From an uncultured Burkholderiales bacterium (GTDB lineage Bacteria; Vulcanimicrobiota; Xenobia; Xenobiales; JADMJV01), in assembly GCA_964649085.1 (NCBI GenBank), contig CAZYPN010000042.1, positions 1-59,700 of the forward strand: a stretch of 59,700 nt of DNA, read 5' to 3'. Of this stretch, positions 27,419 through 36,102 are shown in pieces. The notes under the pieces were generated by a model. That model did not search any database. It was not told the origin of the DNA and was given only the letters and a program-made list of their open reading frames with translations. Numbering within the stretch: position 1 is the first letter of the stretch; every line of letters starts with the position of its first letter. The translations under genes and the position numbers were made by a program.

Positions 27419-27554
27419 GACCGGGAATTCGTGTCTCCTTTCAGGTTCTCCCGAGGAAAGTGTTTACAGCTCGGCAACATTTTTCCCATTGGCTTCTCAA
27501 TGGACGACCGCTGGACGGAGCACAATGACCCCAGCGACGGCAAGGAGGCGAACC

Positions 27555-28244
27555 ATGATCCACGGCTATCCCAACTACGGTTACTACCCAATGCAGGCGT
27601 CTTATGGCACGGGCCTGGGCATCAGCTACTCCGATTTACAGTTCGGCGGCGGGTTGTGTGCGGGGGGCGCCGGGGCCGATCAGTTCCTTCAGGGCTATTT
27701 CGAGATGGATCGAAAGCTCAAAGAAACCGAGCGCAGCATTGCTCTGGCCCGCAAGATGACCGGTCGGGCCGACCGCTCCGATGTGCAGTTGGTTCGAAGT
27801 GCTCGCAGCGGCCAGTTGAATCGGGCCGAGTTTGTGGCTCTCAGTTCACTGGAGAACGAGCTGCGCCGGGCCTTGGGAGAGGCCCGTGCCGACGGGGTAA
27901 TCGATGCTCGCGAGGAAGCTCGTATCCAGGAGCTGCAACAGCGGTTTGAGTCGACGCTGACCCGGTTCAAAGAGGGCGATTTCCAGCCCCAGGCGGGCGA
28001 CAGTCGGGCAGATCGTCAGTCGGGCGCTCTCTTTGACCTTCTGGCACAGGGCAAAATCACTTCGCGCCAGGCCCGTGACCTGCGCGCTATGATGTCCAAC
28101 AGCGCCGCTCAATCGGGCTTTGAACGCGGCCGCGCCGGTGTCGACGAGCTTACAGCCGATGATCTGGCCGCGGCTGACGACGAGCGCGCCGAGGACATTC
28201 AGGCCGCCCTGGAAGAGCGTTCAGGCGGGGGCCAGGGTCAGTAG
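27555..28244 (+). CDS. hypothetical protein (Tyr/Gly-rich N-terminus, charged helical C-terminus)
   Basis: ATG at 27555 preceded by a strong Shine-Dalgarno aaggagg (27542-27548); inside ORF 27417..28244. Confidence 0.5.
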   Translation: MIHGYPNYGYYPMQASYGTGLGISYSDLQFGGGLCAGGAGADQFLQGYFEMDRKLKETERSIALARKMTGRADRSDVQLVRSARSGQLNRAEFVALSSLENELRRALGEARADGVIDAREEARIQELQQRFESTLTRFKEGDFQPQAGDSRADRQSGALFDLLAQGKITSRQARDLRAMMSNSAAQSGFERGRAGVDELTADDLAAADDERAEDIQAALEERSGGGQGQ

Positions 28245-29060
28245 TTCCTCAAGGCCGCGAGGATTGAGGTGAAGATGCTCGATGACGGTGGCGACTTCGC
28301 GCTGGTGGTTGCCCTTGGAATCGAGGGTGTTTTTCACGGTCTCCACCTTGAGCAAATTCAGCTGGCCGCAGTTGCAGCTCACCAGGCCGAACCTCATATA
28401 GTGTTGGGGTTCATCGTCCATGCAGATCTGCTCCAGACGGTCCAGGCAACTGTAGTCTTCGGACTCCAATCGACGTTTCAGTTCGGCTCCCTGGTCGGGC
28501 TGGGGGTGGAAGTTGGCCAGGGGGCGCACTTTGCCCGTCCACTGCTGACAGGCTTCGCAGAAGGGGGCGGCGATCTGCTGACGAGCTATGGCCACAAAGA
28601 AGCCCAGGATCAACAGGGCCTCAATTGCCCAGCAGGAGTAGAGCCACCAACCCGTAGGCGTGGTGCCCTTGACGCTCCAGACACCGTCGACGGCCAGCAT
28701 TTTCGCCGCCTCGACAATGGTGCCGGGAAACAGGGCCAGCAGTTCACCGTCGGACAAGGTATAGAGCCAGGAGATCCAGGAAGTGTAGTAGGTGATCAGC
28801 CCGCACCACAGGGCGATCAGCGTCATGAACCAGAGGTTGCGCAGCTTGCCACGGTAGGCCAGCTTGCCCACAATCCAGCCGCCCAGGGCGGCGCTGCAGC
28901 AGGTCAGGAAAATATTCAGATAGACGGAGGGACACCACTTGTCCAGGTAGCCATAGGCAGCTCCCAGGAAGGGTGCCAGGATGGTTCCCACGACCAGAGA
29001 CGCGGCCACGCCGAAAGGCGGCGCGATGCCGGAATGCCGATAGTAACCCCCCCGCTCCAT
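28221..29060 (-). CDS. hypothetical polytopic membrane protein with Cys-rich C-terminal region
   Basis: Start MERGGYYRHS at 29060 inside ORF 28221..29168; several TM helices; CEACQQW...CNCGQL cysteine pairs. Confidence 0.4.
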   Translation of the reverse strand: MERGGYYRHSGIAPPFGVAASLVVGTILAPFLGAAYGYLDKWCPSVYLNIFLTCCSAALGGWIVGKLAYRGKLRNLWFMTLIALWCGLITYYTSWISWLYTLSDGELLALFPGTIVEAAKMLAVDGVWSVKGTTPTGWWLYSCWAIEALLILGFFVAIARQQIAAPFCEACQQWTGKVRPLANFHPQPDQGAELKRRLESEDYSCLDRLEQICMDDEPQHYMRFGLVSCNCGQLNLLKVETVKNTLDSKGNHQREVATVIEHLHLNPRGLEELLTLAPA

Positions 29061-29139
29061 TCTCAATGGTTCGTCGCTGGCGGTGGCCCTCCCTGTTGGT
29101 GGCAGAAGGCCGAGCCGCAACAGGCACAAAAGAACCCGG

Positions 29140-29892
29140 GTGCTCACTTTTGTCGTACCTGCCCACAATGAGGCCGCTCATATTGAGGGATGCCTGGACA
29201 GCATCCATCAGGCCGCGGGCGAGCATCCCCACGAAGTGGTGGTTGTGGACGATGACTCAAGCGATTCCACCGCCCGGTTAGCCCGGGCAAAGGGAGCTGA
29301 AGTTGAGTCGGTTCAGCTGCGTCACATCGCCGCGGTGCGCAATACCGGTGCCCACCGAGCCCGAGGGGAGGTGCTGTTCTTCATCGATGCCGATACTCGC
29401 ATCTCTCGGCCCTATGTCGAGCAGGCTCTGCAGGCGCTGCGCGGGGGAGCGGTGGGGGGAGGGGCTCGATTTCGCTTCGATGGACCGCGCAGCCTCACCA
29501 CCTGGTGGTTGACCCTGCTACTGGACGCCATCTGCAGGCTGGCCAACCTGAGCGGCGGCTGTGCCCTGTTTTGCAGTCGAGACGCCTTCCGACGTATCGG
29601 AGGCTTTGATACCCGATACTTCGCCTCGGAGGAAATACACTTTGCGCGTCGCCTCAAAGGGCTTGGCCGCTTTCAGTTGGTTCGCGCCACGGTGTTGACT
29701 TCGGGGCGGAAGTTGAGGGCCTACTCGTTCCTTGAATTAGCCAGACTGGTGCTCAACTATGGCTTCCAAGGAGACCGTTTGTTGGAGCAGCGTGCCGGGC
29801 TTGAGCTCTGGTATGCACGCCGGGACGACCCTGGAGACACGCGAAAAAGCCCGGATGTCTCCGGGCTTTCTAAACCAACCTTGGGGCTTTAG
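29140..29892 (+). CDS. glycosyltransferase family 2
   Basis: Probable GTG start at 29140 (VLTFVVPAHNEAAHIEGCLDSI); VVVDDDSSD and FFIDADT GT2 motifs; the 3' end runs into the 415-bp repeat unit and its terminator hairpin. Confidence 0.7.
   Translation: MLTFVVPAHNEAAHIEGCLDSIHQAAGEHPHEVVVVDDDSSDSTARLARAKGAEVESVQLRHIAAVRNTGAHRARGEVLFFIDADTRISRPYVEQALQALRGGAVGGGARFRFDGPRSLTTWWLTLLLDAICRLANLSGGCALFCSRDAFRRIGGFDTRYFASEEIHFARRLKGLGRFQLVRATVLTSGRKLRAYSFLELARLVLNYGFQGDRLLEQRAGLELWYARRDDPGDTRKSPDVSGLSKPTLGL
29844..29869. terminator. intrinsic terminator hairpin (aaaaagcccggatgtctccgggcttt) downstream of small-gene copy A
   Basis: 7-bp GC stem, A5 upstream and T3 downstream; about 20 bp past the minus-strand stop. 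Confidence 0.6.
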
Positions 29893-30155
29893 TTGTGCTT
29901 GAAGGCGAAGATGGTGCGGCTGAGGGCGTTGAGGTCCTGGTGCAGGTTGCGTCGCTCCACCGGGCCCACCCAGCCGTTGTCGCCCTTGGCTTCGGCCAGT
30001 TCCTGGCGGGCCTCGTTGCGCATGTCTTTGAGGGTAGCCAGTTCGCTCTCGCTGATGCTGCCGCTGTTGATCCCCTGCTGCACGCGGGCGCGCTGGTTAA
30101 GGCCGCGAGCCTCGAGTCCGGGAGCGTAGACATTGCCGTTGCTGGTGTGAATCAT
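29889..30155 (-). CDS. small hypothetical protein, 88 aa (repeated gene, copy A)
   Basis: MIHTSNGNVYAPGLEARGLNQRARVQQGINSGSISESELATLKDMRNEARQELAEAKGDNGWVGPVERRNLHQDLNALSRTIFAFKHN; ATG start; own leader and terminator; family not recognised. Confidence 0.6.
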   Translation of the reverse strand: MIHTSNGNVYAPGLEARGLNQRARVQQGINSGSISESELATLKDMRNEARQELAEAKGDNGWVGPVERRNLHQDLNALSRTIFAFKHN

Positions 30156-30261
30156 CTTGTTGAGTTCCTTTCGTCCGCTGCTGATGGACCCAGCTTACGG
30201 CCCGGCTCTCAAGGGCGATTCAGGACCGGCTCAAAATGCGCTCAAACTCGTTGCCAGTGGG

Positions 30262-30720
30262 TTACATTCCCTGGTCTTTCCTGCGTCTCAGTTCGTGAGC
30301 ATCGGCCAGGTCTCTGGGACGCCCCGCCTTTTCCTTGTTTGCGATAAGGTCGTCCAGTCCAATGAATGCGGCCCGAATACTGGCGAGCTTGAGTTCCGTT
30401 CGGCGCTGCCAACAGTCTGAGAAACTCAAGCCTGCCAGATCGGTGAGCAGGTCGATGCGAACGGGTTCAACTCCCAATTGGACGACAAACTGCGGGGTCG
30501 TGAAGTCATCGACGCTTAAGTCCGTGGAGGCGAAACCAAATTCGTGCAGTGCCCGAAGGACAACCCTTGCGTTGTCGGGCGTACGCTCCAACCACAGGTC
30601 CAGGTCTTTGGTGTAGCGCGGCTCGGTGTACATCGACACGGCGTGGCCACCGACAATGAGGTATCGCACAGAGAACCGGTCGAAGAGTTCTAACAGGTCA
30701 AGGAAATCTTGACTGAGCAA
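30262..30720 (-). CDS. minimal nucleotidyltransferase-fold protein (AbiEii-like toxin candidate)
   Basis: 152 aa; GGHAVSMYTEPRYTKDLDLWLE matches the nucleotidyltransferase G[GS]...D-x-D motif; TTG start abuts the stop of the upstream small ORF. Confidence 0.55.
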   Translation of the reverse strand: MLSQDFLDLLELFDRFSVRYLIVGGHAVSMYTEPRYTKDLDLWLERTPDNARVVLRALHEFGFASTDLSVDDFTTPQFVVQLGVEPVRIDLLTDLAGLSFSDCWQRRTELKLASIRAAFIGLDDLIANKEKAGRPRDLADAHELRRRKDQGM

Positions 30721-30721
30721 C

Positions 30722-30910
30722 CTATCGCAGAGACCTGCGCTGAACTCGCCGCTCGAGGCGGCCCAGGGGAACTCTCCTCAGTTCCGCCTCGAGTTGCCGA
30801 AGCCGCTCCACCTGACGGAGTGCCTCTTGAGGATCGAACGGGGGCAGCGGGTCGACCGCGTCCAGTCGAGTTCGGGTAACGGTAAAACGACGCCGGGGTT
30901 GTTCTGACAT
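30722..30910 (-). CDS. small Arg-rich protein (62 aa), antitoxin-like partner
   Basis: Immediately upstream of and coupled to the nucleotidyltransferase-like gene; basic, helical (ALRQVERLRQLEAELRRV). Confidence 0.35.
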   Translation of the reverse strand: MSEQPRRRFTVTRTRLDAVDPLPPFDPQEALRQVERLRQLEAELRRVPLGRLERRVQRRSLR

Positions 30911-30973
30911 CCCCTCTTTGTTCTCAAAAGCTCAAGGCAACCCTTTCACCGTCGGGCAGGGGTTGCAGACACG

Positions 30974-31000
30974 CAAAAAAGCCCGGATGTCTCCGGGCTT
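30974..31000. terminator. intrinsic terminator hairpin downstream of small-gene copy B
   Basis: aaaaaagcccggatgtctccgggcttt. Confidence 0.6.
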
Positions 31001-31020
31001 TCTCGATCGTCCTTGGGGCT

Positions 31021-31287
31021 TTAGTTGTGCTTGAAGGCGAAGATGGTGCGGCTGAGGGCGCTGAGGTCCTGGTGCAGGTTGCGTCGCTCCACCGGGCCCA
31101 CCCAGCCGTTGTCGCCCTTGGCTTCGGCCAGTTCCTGGCGGGCCTCGTTGCGCATGTCTTTGAGGGTAGCCAGTTCGCTCTCGCTGATGCTGCCGCTGTT
31201 GATCCCCTGCTGCACGCGGGCGCGCTGGTTAAGGCCGCGAGCCTCGAGTCCGGGAGCGTAGACATTGCCGTTGCTGGTGTGAATCAT
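31021..31287 (-). CDS. small hypothetical protein, 88 aa (repeated gene, copy B)
   Basis: Protein differs from copy A by a single N->S substitution (NALSRT vs SALSRT). Confidence 0.6.
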   Translation of the reverse strand: MIHTSNGNVYAPGLEARGLNQRARVQQGINSGSISESELATLKDMRNEARQELAEAKGDNGWVGPVERRNLHQDLSALSRTIFAFKHN

Positions 31288-31407
31288 CGTTGTTGAGTTC
31301 CTTTCGTCTGCTGCTGATGGACACAGCTTACGGCCCGGCTCTCAAGGGCGATTCAGGACCGACTCAAAATGCGCTCAAACTCGTTGCCCAGGGGTTAAAA
31401 CCTCGGG

Positions 31408-31713
31408 CTATTTGATCAGCTCCATCGAGGTGGCTTCCTCGATCTTCATCTTGCCCCCCGCCTCCGGGATGTGTTTTTCCACGCTGTGCCAGCGAACGCG
31501 CACTTTCTTGCCGCGGAATTTTTCGGGTTTGTCCACCAGGGCGTCGAAGCTCTTGTGATTGCCTACGAAGAAGCTGTGGTCTTTGCCTTGGGCGTCGCGC
31601 ACCACCAGGTGGTAGTAGTCACCCGCCTGGACCTCACGGATGACCCCGGTCAGCACCTGATCGGCCCCGGCCAGACCGGCTAGAAGTAGCAGGGTTGCAA
31701 GCGTCTTTTTCAT
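31408..31713 (-). CDS. small secreted hypothetical protein
   Basis: Start MKKTLATLLLLAGLAGA (signal peptide) inside ORF 31408..31785. Confidence 0.45.
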   Translation of the reverse strand: MKKTLATLLLLAGLAGADQVLTGVIREVQAGDYYHLVVRDAQGKDHSFFVGNHKSFDALVDKPEKFRGKKVRVRWHSVEKHIPEAGGKMKIEEATSMELIK

Positions 31714-31783
31714 GGCGCCGGCTTCGCGCCACCGGGAACTTCCCCTCGAGGAGTTGCCTTCAGGTTCTGGAACGTGCCCCGGC

Positions 31784-32197
31784 ATGGATCGATTTCCGCT
31801 GACCCAGGGCCGCTATGCCATGACCGAGCTGTGGGGCATCGACCTGGGCGAATTGGAGTTTCGCCGCCGTTTTGAGGATGGCTCGTTGGTGTTGTGGCGC
31901 CCGGGTCTGACGCTGTGGATCGAAGTCTACAGTTATCCGCCCCAGACAGCCCCCGAGGACCACCAACGCCAGCTCCGCCAGCGACGGGATCTGCCTCCCG
32001 GGGCCGAAGTGTTGGAAGCCGGGCCCGAGCGGTTCGGCTATGCTTTTCAGGAAGTCGAGCAAGGTCAGCAGCGATGGTCGCTGCAATGCTGGGTGTTCGG
32101 GGCCGAAGACCAGGTGATGATGGCCGTCTACTTCGACCGTGAGCAAGACCTTGAACTGGCTCTTCGACTCTGGAAGAGCATCTACCCGATCGATTAG
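31784..32197 (+). CDS. hypothetical protein
   Basis: ATG at 31784 (MDRFPLTQGRY) inside ORF 31712..32197. Confidence 0.35.
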   Translation: MDRFPLTQGRYAMTELWGIDLGELEFRRRFEDGSLVLWRPGLTLWIEVYSYPPQTAPEDHQRQLRQRRDLPPGAEVLEAGPERFGYAFQEVEQGQQRWSLQCWVFGAEDQVMMAVYFDREQDLELALRLWKSIYPID

Positions 32198-32637
32198 CTT
32201 TCGGGGGCGAAGACCCACACCGATTTCCCGTCGGCGTCGAGGATGGCTCGCTCGGCCGACAGCACGGGCTTTTCATCGACCTTGTTGACGAAAGTCTCAT
32301 ACTTGTAGGGGTTGTAAGTCACCAAGACCGGCGACTCTCCAGGCCCATCGCCACCCCTGACCACGTAGCGCTTCGACGGATAGCCCCGCAGGCCGATGCG
32401 CTCCAGCGTGCCCTCCACACCGGCGTGCACGTTCTTGCGCTGCTCTTCCAGCACGCGGCGGCGGCCGGCCTGGCTTACCTTCAGGTCGACGTCGCTGAGT
32501 TCCACCTGGTCGGCGTGGGCTACCACATGACCGGTCTGGCGATCTTTCACGCTCCAGCAGCCCTCGTGCAGGTTCTTGTAGACAAAGACCCGCCGCCCTT
32601 GCAGCTGGTCGGAACTCATGGCGTTTTGCAGTTTCAT
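32194..32637 (-). CDS. hypothetical protein
   Basis: 147-aa ORF, convergent with the previous gene; no family recognised. Confidence 0.4.
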   Translation of the reverse strand: MKLQNAMSSDQLQGRRVFVYKNLHEGCWSVKDRQTGHVVAHADQVELSDVDLKVSQAGRRRVLEEQRKNVHAGVEGTLERIGLRGYPSKRYVVRGGDGPGESPVLVTYNPYKYETFVNKVDEKPVLSAERAILDADGKSVWVFAPES

Positions 32638-32653
32638 AGAAACAGCTTAGGCC

Positions 32654-34009
32654 TTACCCCTGAAATTTTTCTGTCAGGGCCAGGCTGAAGCGGAGGTTCG
32701 TGCCGGGTCCCTCGAGGCATTCCAACTGGCCGCCGTGGGCCTGGGCCAGGCGTTCGGCGATGGCAAGTCCCAGCCCACCCCCGCAGCGGCAGCTCAGTTC
32801 TTGCCGGTATTCCTCGGGCAGCCCCGGCCCGTTATCGGCGACCGTTACCTGCAAACGTCGCTCCCGAGGGGCAAAGCTCACTTCGATAAGTGTTCCGGGG
32901 GGAGTATGTTGGACAGCGTTCTCGATCAGGATTTGAAAGAGGTCGCGAACGCGCACGCGATCTCCCTGAACCCAGGGTTCCGACTCCAGGCCATGCAAGG
33001 CGATGCGGGTAGAGCGGGATTCTGCCAATTCTTGCACGGCGTCGAGCGTCTCCAACAGCGGCTCGCTGACGGGAAACTCGCTCGCGCATAATATCGGGGT
33101 TACGTCTTCCCAACGGGCCCAGTCGACCAGGCGTTGCACCACCCGGGCCACGTGAACGGTTTCGCGGCGGATCTTCTTCAGGTAGGCGGTTTCTTCACCC
33201 CGAACCACACCGTCCAGCAGAGCCTCGGTCCAGCCCTGCACGGCTGCCAGCGGAGTTCGTAGATTGTGTGAGGCTTCCACCATCAGCTGCTTGCGCGAGG
33301 CTTCGCTGCGCTCTGCCCTCTCTTTGGCCTCGCGCAGATGACGCACGGTGTCGTCCAGTCGGGCGGCCATCGAATTGAAGCTGACGGCCAGCTCGCGCAA
33401 TTCGCCGTGCTCGGCAACCTCGATGGGATGGGCGAAATCCTGCTGCTCGAGGGTGCGGATGGCCTCCTTCAACTTGAGAGCGGGACCGGCAATAGCACTG
33501 CTGGCGACCAGACCGGCCAGCAGAGTGAACAAACCCGAGAAGGTCACCGAGGCGGCCAGAACAGCTTGCAGACGAGGATTGCTGAACCAGGGCGGGCGCC
33601 TTTGAGGAAAGACAAAACAGGCCACCGCGGGGGGCACGGTTTCCAGGGGTAGCCATACCTCACGGCGATCGGGAAAGTCTCGGTGGTGGGGGCCGGGTGG
33701 GGTCGATTCGAACCGGGGCCGATGGGGACCGCGGTGAAGGATGAGCGTGCCCTGGCGAAACAGCAGCAGACTGCTGTCAGGGGGAAAGAAGTTGAAACGC
33801 ACGCAGTGTTCCAGCGAGAGCCAGCCCCCCGCACGGTAGGCGTCCATCAGGGGCCGCTTGAGTCGCTCGTTGTGCTGGTGGTCGACCGGCGGTCGATACA
33901 GCATCACGATATCGTAGCCGCCCAGCATCCAGAAAAGGCCCAGGCCCACCAGAAGGAACTGAAGCACCAGCACCAGGTAGGCCAGGGTCAGGCGCAGGCG
34001 CAAATTCAT
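32654..34009 (-). CDS. sensor histidine kinase
   Basis: Start MNLRLRLTLAYLVLVL (ATGA overlap with the regulator stop); H-box HNLRTPLAAVQGW; HATPase_c (DNGPGLPEE...GGGLGLAI). Confidence 0.8.
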   Translation of the reverse strand: MNLRLRLTLAYLVLVLQFLLVGLGLFWMLGGYDIVMLYRPPVDHQHNERLKRPLMDAYRAGGWLSLEHCVRFNFFPPDSSLLLFRQGTLILHRGPHRPRFESTPPGPHHRDFPDRREVWLPLETVPPAVACFVFPQRRPPWFSNPRLQAVLAASVTFSGLFTLLAGLVASSAIAGPALKLKEAIRTLEQQDFAHPIEVAEHGELRELAVSFNSMAARLDDTVRHLREAKERAERSEASRKQLMVEASHNLRTPLAAVQGWTEALLDGVVRGEETAYLKKIRRETVHVARVVQRLVDWARWEDVTPILCASEFPVSEPLLETLDAVQELAESRSTRIALHGLESEPWVQGDRVRVRDLFQILIENAVQHTPPGTLIEVSFAPRERRLQVTVADNGPGLPEEYRQELSCRCGGGLGLAIAERLAQAHGGQLECLEGPGTNLRFSLALTEKFQG

Positions 34010-34686
34010 AGTTCGAAGCGGTAACCTACTCCCCAGATCGAGCGAATGGGCACCAGTCCTAGCTTGCCGAGTTTGTCGCGCAAATTGCTGATGTGGACGT
34101 CGACCCGCCGGGAGTCGCCGGCGTAGTCTTCGCCCCAACAGCGGTTGAGAAGTTCCTCGCGGGTGAAGTTTCGGCCAGGATTTGCTACCAGGTGACGGAG
34201 CAAGTCATACTCTCGCCGGGTGAGGTCGATGGGTTCTCCGTGATACAGGGCCAGCCGCCGCTCAGCGTCGACCACCAAAGGCGAAAGAGGCGCGAGGTGG
34301 CCTTGACTGAGCACTTTGGAACGTCGAATGAGGGCCTTGACTCGGGCCAGCAACTCGCGTGGCGAGAAGGGCTTGGTAACATAGTCATCGGCCCCGATCT
34401 CCAATCCGGAAACTCGGTCGGCTTCATCTCCTCGCGCCGTAAGGATGAGGATTGGCACGGCGCTCGCCTCGCGCAGTCGACGGGTGACCTCGAGCCCACT
34501 CAGCCCTGGCATCATCAGGTCGAGAATCACCAGGTCGGCGCCTTCCCGAGCAAAAGCCAGCCCCTCTCTACCGTCGCGAGCCAGACGAACTTCGTAGCCC
34601 TCGTGGTCTAGATAGCGGCGAATCAAAGAGCGAATCTCTTCGTCGTCGTCGACGACCAGCACTTGATAGGCAGAGGCCTCGGCCAT
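34006..34686 (-). CDS. OmpR-family response regulator
   Basis: VLVVDDDEEIR...DLVILDLMMPGLSG...KPF receiver; C-terminal wHTH ...IWGVGYRFE. Confidence 0.85.
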   Translation of the reverse strand: MAEASAYQVLVVDDDEEIRSLIRRYLDHEGYEVRLARDGREGLAFAREGADLVILDLMMPGLSGLEVTRRLREASAVPILILTARGDEADRVSGLEIGADDYVTKPFSPRELLARVKALIRRSKVLSQGHLAPLSPLVVDAERRLALYHGEPIDLTRREYDLLRHLVANPGRNFTREELLNRCWGEDYAGDSRRVDVHISNLRDKLGKLGLVPIRSIWGVGYRFEL

Positions 34687-34711
34687 TCAGTCGATCCACC
34701 TCCCCCGCTGG

Positions 34712-35974
34712 TTAAAAGGCGACACGATCATAGCCTTGCAGGTCGGAGGCGAACTGCCCTCCCTGCACATACTGAATCACCTGTTGATAGCGATTCAGAT
34801 TGTCGATGGTTCCGCTCTGGATGATGTCCTGCAAAGACAAAGCGCCGCTGTTCAGGGCCTTGGTGATGGCTCCGACGGTCTGCACGTCGGTCTCGCCAAC
34901 GCCGGGCTGGTTAGCCAGCTCACCCAGCCCCCGCTGGAGCAGCAAGTCTTTCAGGCCGGGATTGTTGTAGAAGCCCGGCCCCTGCATCAGGTTGCCCTTG
35001 AAAACAGAAGCCACCTGCACAAACAGTTGGGCATCGGGGCTCATGGTCTGCATCGCCTGGGCTCCAGCCTGCAGCCCCTGAGCACTGAGCGGGTCGTTGT
35101 TGCTGGCATAGGCGGCGAACTGATAAGCGTAGAGCCTGCCCACGTTGGCATGCCAGAGCTGGGGGCTTTCCACTCCGGCAAAGCGAGTGCCGGCGATGCC
35201 GTCGGACTGGCGCACGCTGGTCTGGCCTTGCAAGGCGCCTCCGGCCACCTGGGCCTGCAAGTAGCTGGCGAAATCCCCCCCGTCGGAGGGAAAGGGCAAC
35301 GCCGGGCCCGTCGGGGTCGAACTGCCACCGTAGCCGGTAGAACTGCCAGCGACGGCCCCGAAATAGCCGAGGGGGGCGGTGCCTGCTCCCAACACCGAGG
35401 AGTAGTCGACACCAGCATAGATGGCACCGTTTCCTGTGCCGAAAGCCGAGGTGCCGAAATTGGAGGTTCCGAACAGAGAGGAGGGGTCAAATCCCGTGCT
35501 GCCCCCAGAGGACCCGTAGAGCAGCGAGTTCCAGTCGTTGCCTCCGCCGCCCAGAATCGAGGCCGGATCAAAGCCCCCATAGGCACTGAAGCCGCCCAGG
35601 AGCGAGGAAGCGTCGAAGGCCGAGGAGGCGATGCCACCGTTTAGAATCGAGGAAAAATCGTTGCCTCCGTCGGGGGAGAAAGCGAAACCCGCGGAGGCGG
35701 TCCCACCGCCAAGGAGGGACGAAAAGTCAGACGGATTTGGGGCACCGAACGATGGGGCGCCGAGCAATCCGCCCCAGCCGGAAGACAGCTGTTGGAAGGC
35801 GCCCAGCATTTGCTGGAGCGTCTGCACCAGGGAGACAAGGCTGCCGGCCTGGGAGAAGCCCACCGGTGACCCCCCTGCAAACTGGACACTGGATGAAAAG
35901 GAACCAAAAGTCTGAGCCTGACTGATACCGGACTGGAAGGGAAAACCACCTAGAATCGCCACCGCAACCTCCAA
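34712..35974 (-). CDS. Gly/Ser-rich repeat protein (F-[DA]-x-SS-[LI]-LGG repeats)
   Basis: 420-aa ORF; at least 7 degenerate repeats (FSSLLGGG, FSSILNGG, FDASSLLGG, FDPASILGG, FDPSSLFG...); structured C-terminal about 150 aa. Confidence 0.45.
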   Translation of the reverse strand: MEVAVAILGGFPFQSGISQAQTFGSFSSSVQFAGGSPVGFSQAGSLVSLVQTLQQMLGAFQQLSSGWGGLLGAPSFGAPNPSDFSSLLGGGTASAGFAFSPDGGNDFSSILNGGIASSAFDASSLLGGFSAYGGFDPASILGGGGNDWNSLLYGSSGGSTGFDPSSLFGTSNFGTSAFGTGNGAIYAGVDYSSVLGAGTAPLGYFGAVAGSSTGYGGSSTPTGPALPFPSDGGDFASYLQAQVAGGALQGQTSVRQSDGIAGTRFAGVESPQLWHANVGRLYAYQFAAYASNNDPLSAQGLQAGAQAMQTMSPDAQLFVQVASVFKGNLMQGPGFYNNPGLKDLLLQRGLGELANQPGVGETDVQTVGAITKALNSGALSLQDIIQSGTIDNLNRYQQVIQYVQGGQFASDLQGYDRVAF

Positions 35975-36102
35975 CGAGAGAACTTAAGTCATTATTCAGG
36001 AGATTTGTAAAGAAAGTTCCAGGGTTCGCGCTTCCGGCCCGATTATAATCTCGCAACAATCGGAGTCCCAGGAGCCAGAGCGTCAGAGTTGAATCCTCAT
36101 CG

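Larger units (their letters stand above)
29841..30255. repeat. 415-bp direct repeat, copy A (terminator + 88-aa gene + about 100-bp leader)
   Basis: Near-identical to 30971..31385 (a few mismatches, 1-2 indels in the leader). Confidence 0.85.
30971..31385. repeat. 415-bp direct repeat, copy B
   Basis: Near-identical to 29841..30255. Confidence 0.85.

Noticed and set aside
34736-35644. 302-aa plus-strand ORF
   Set aside because: Antisense to the Gly/Ser-repeat protein gene.
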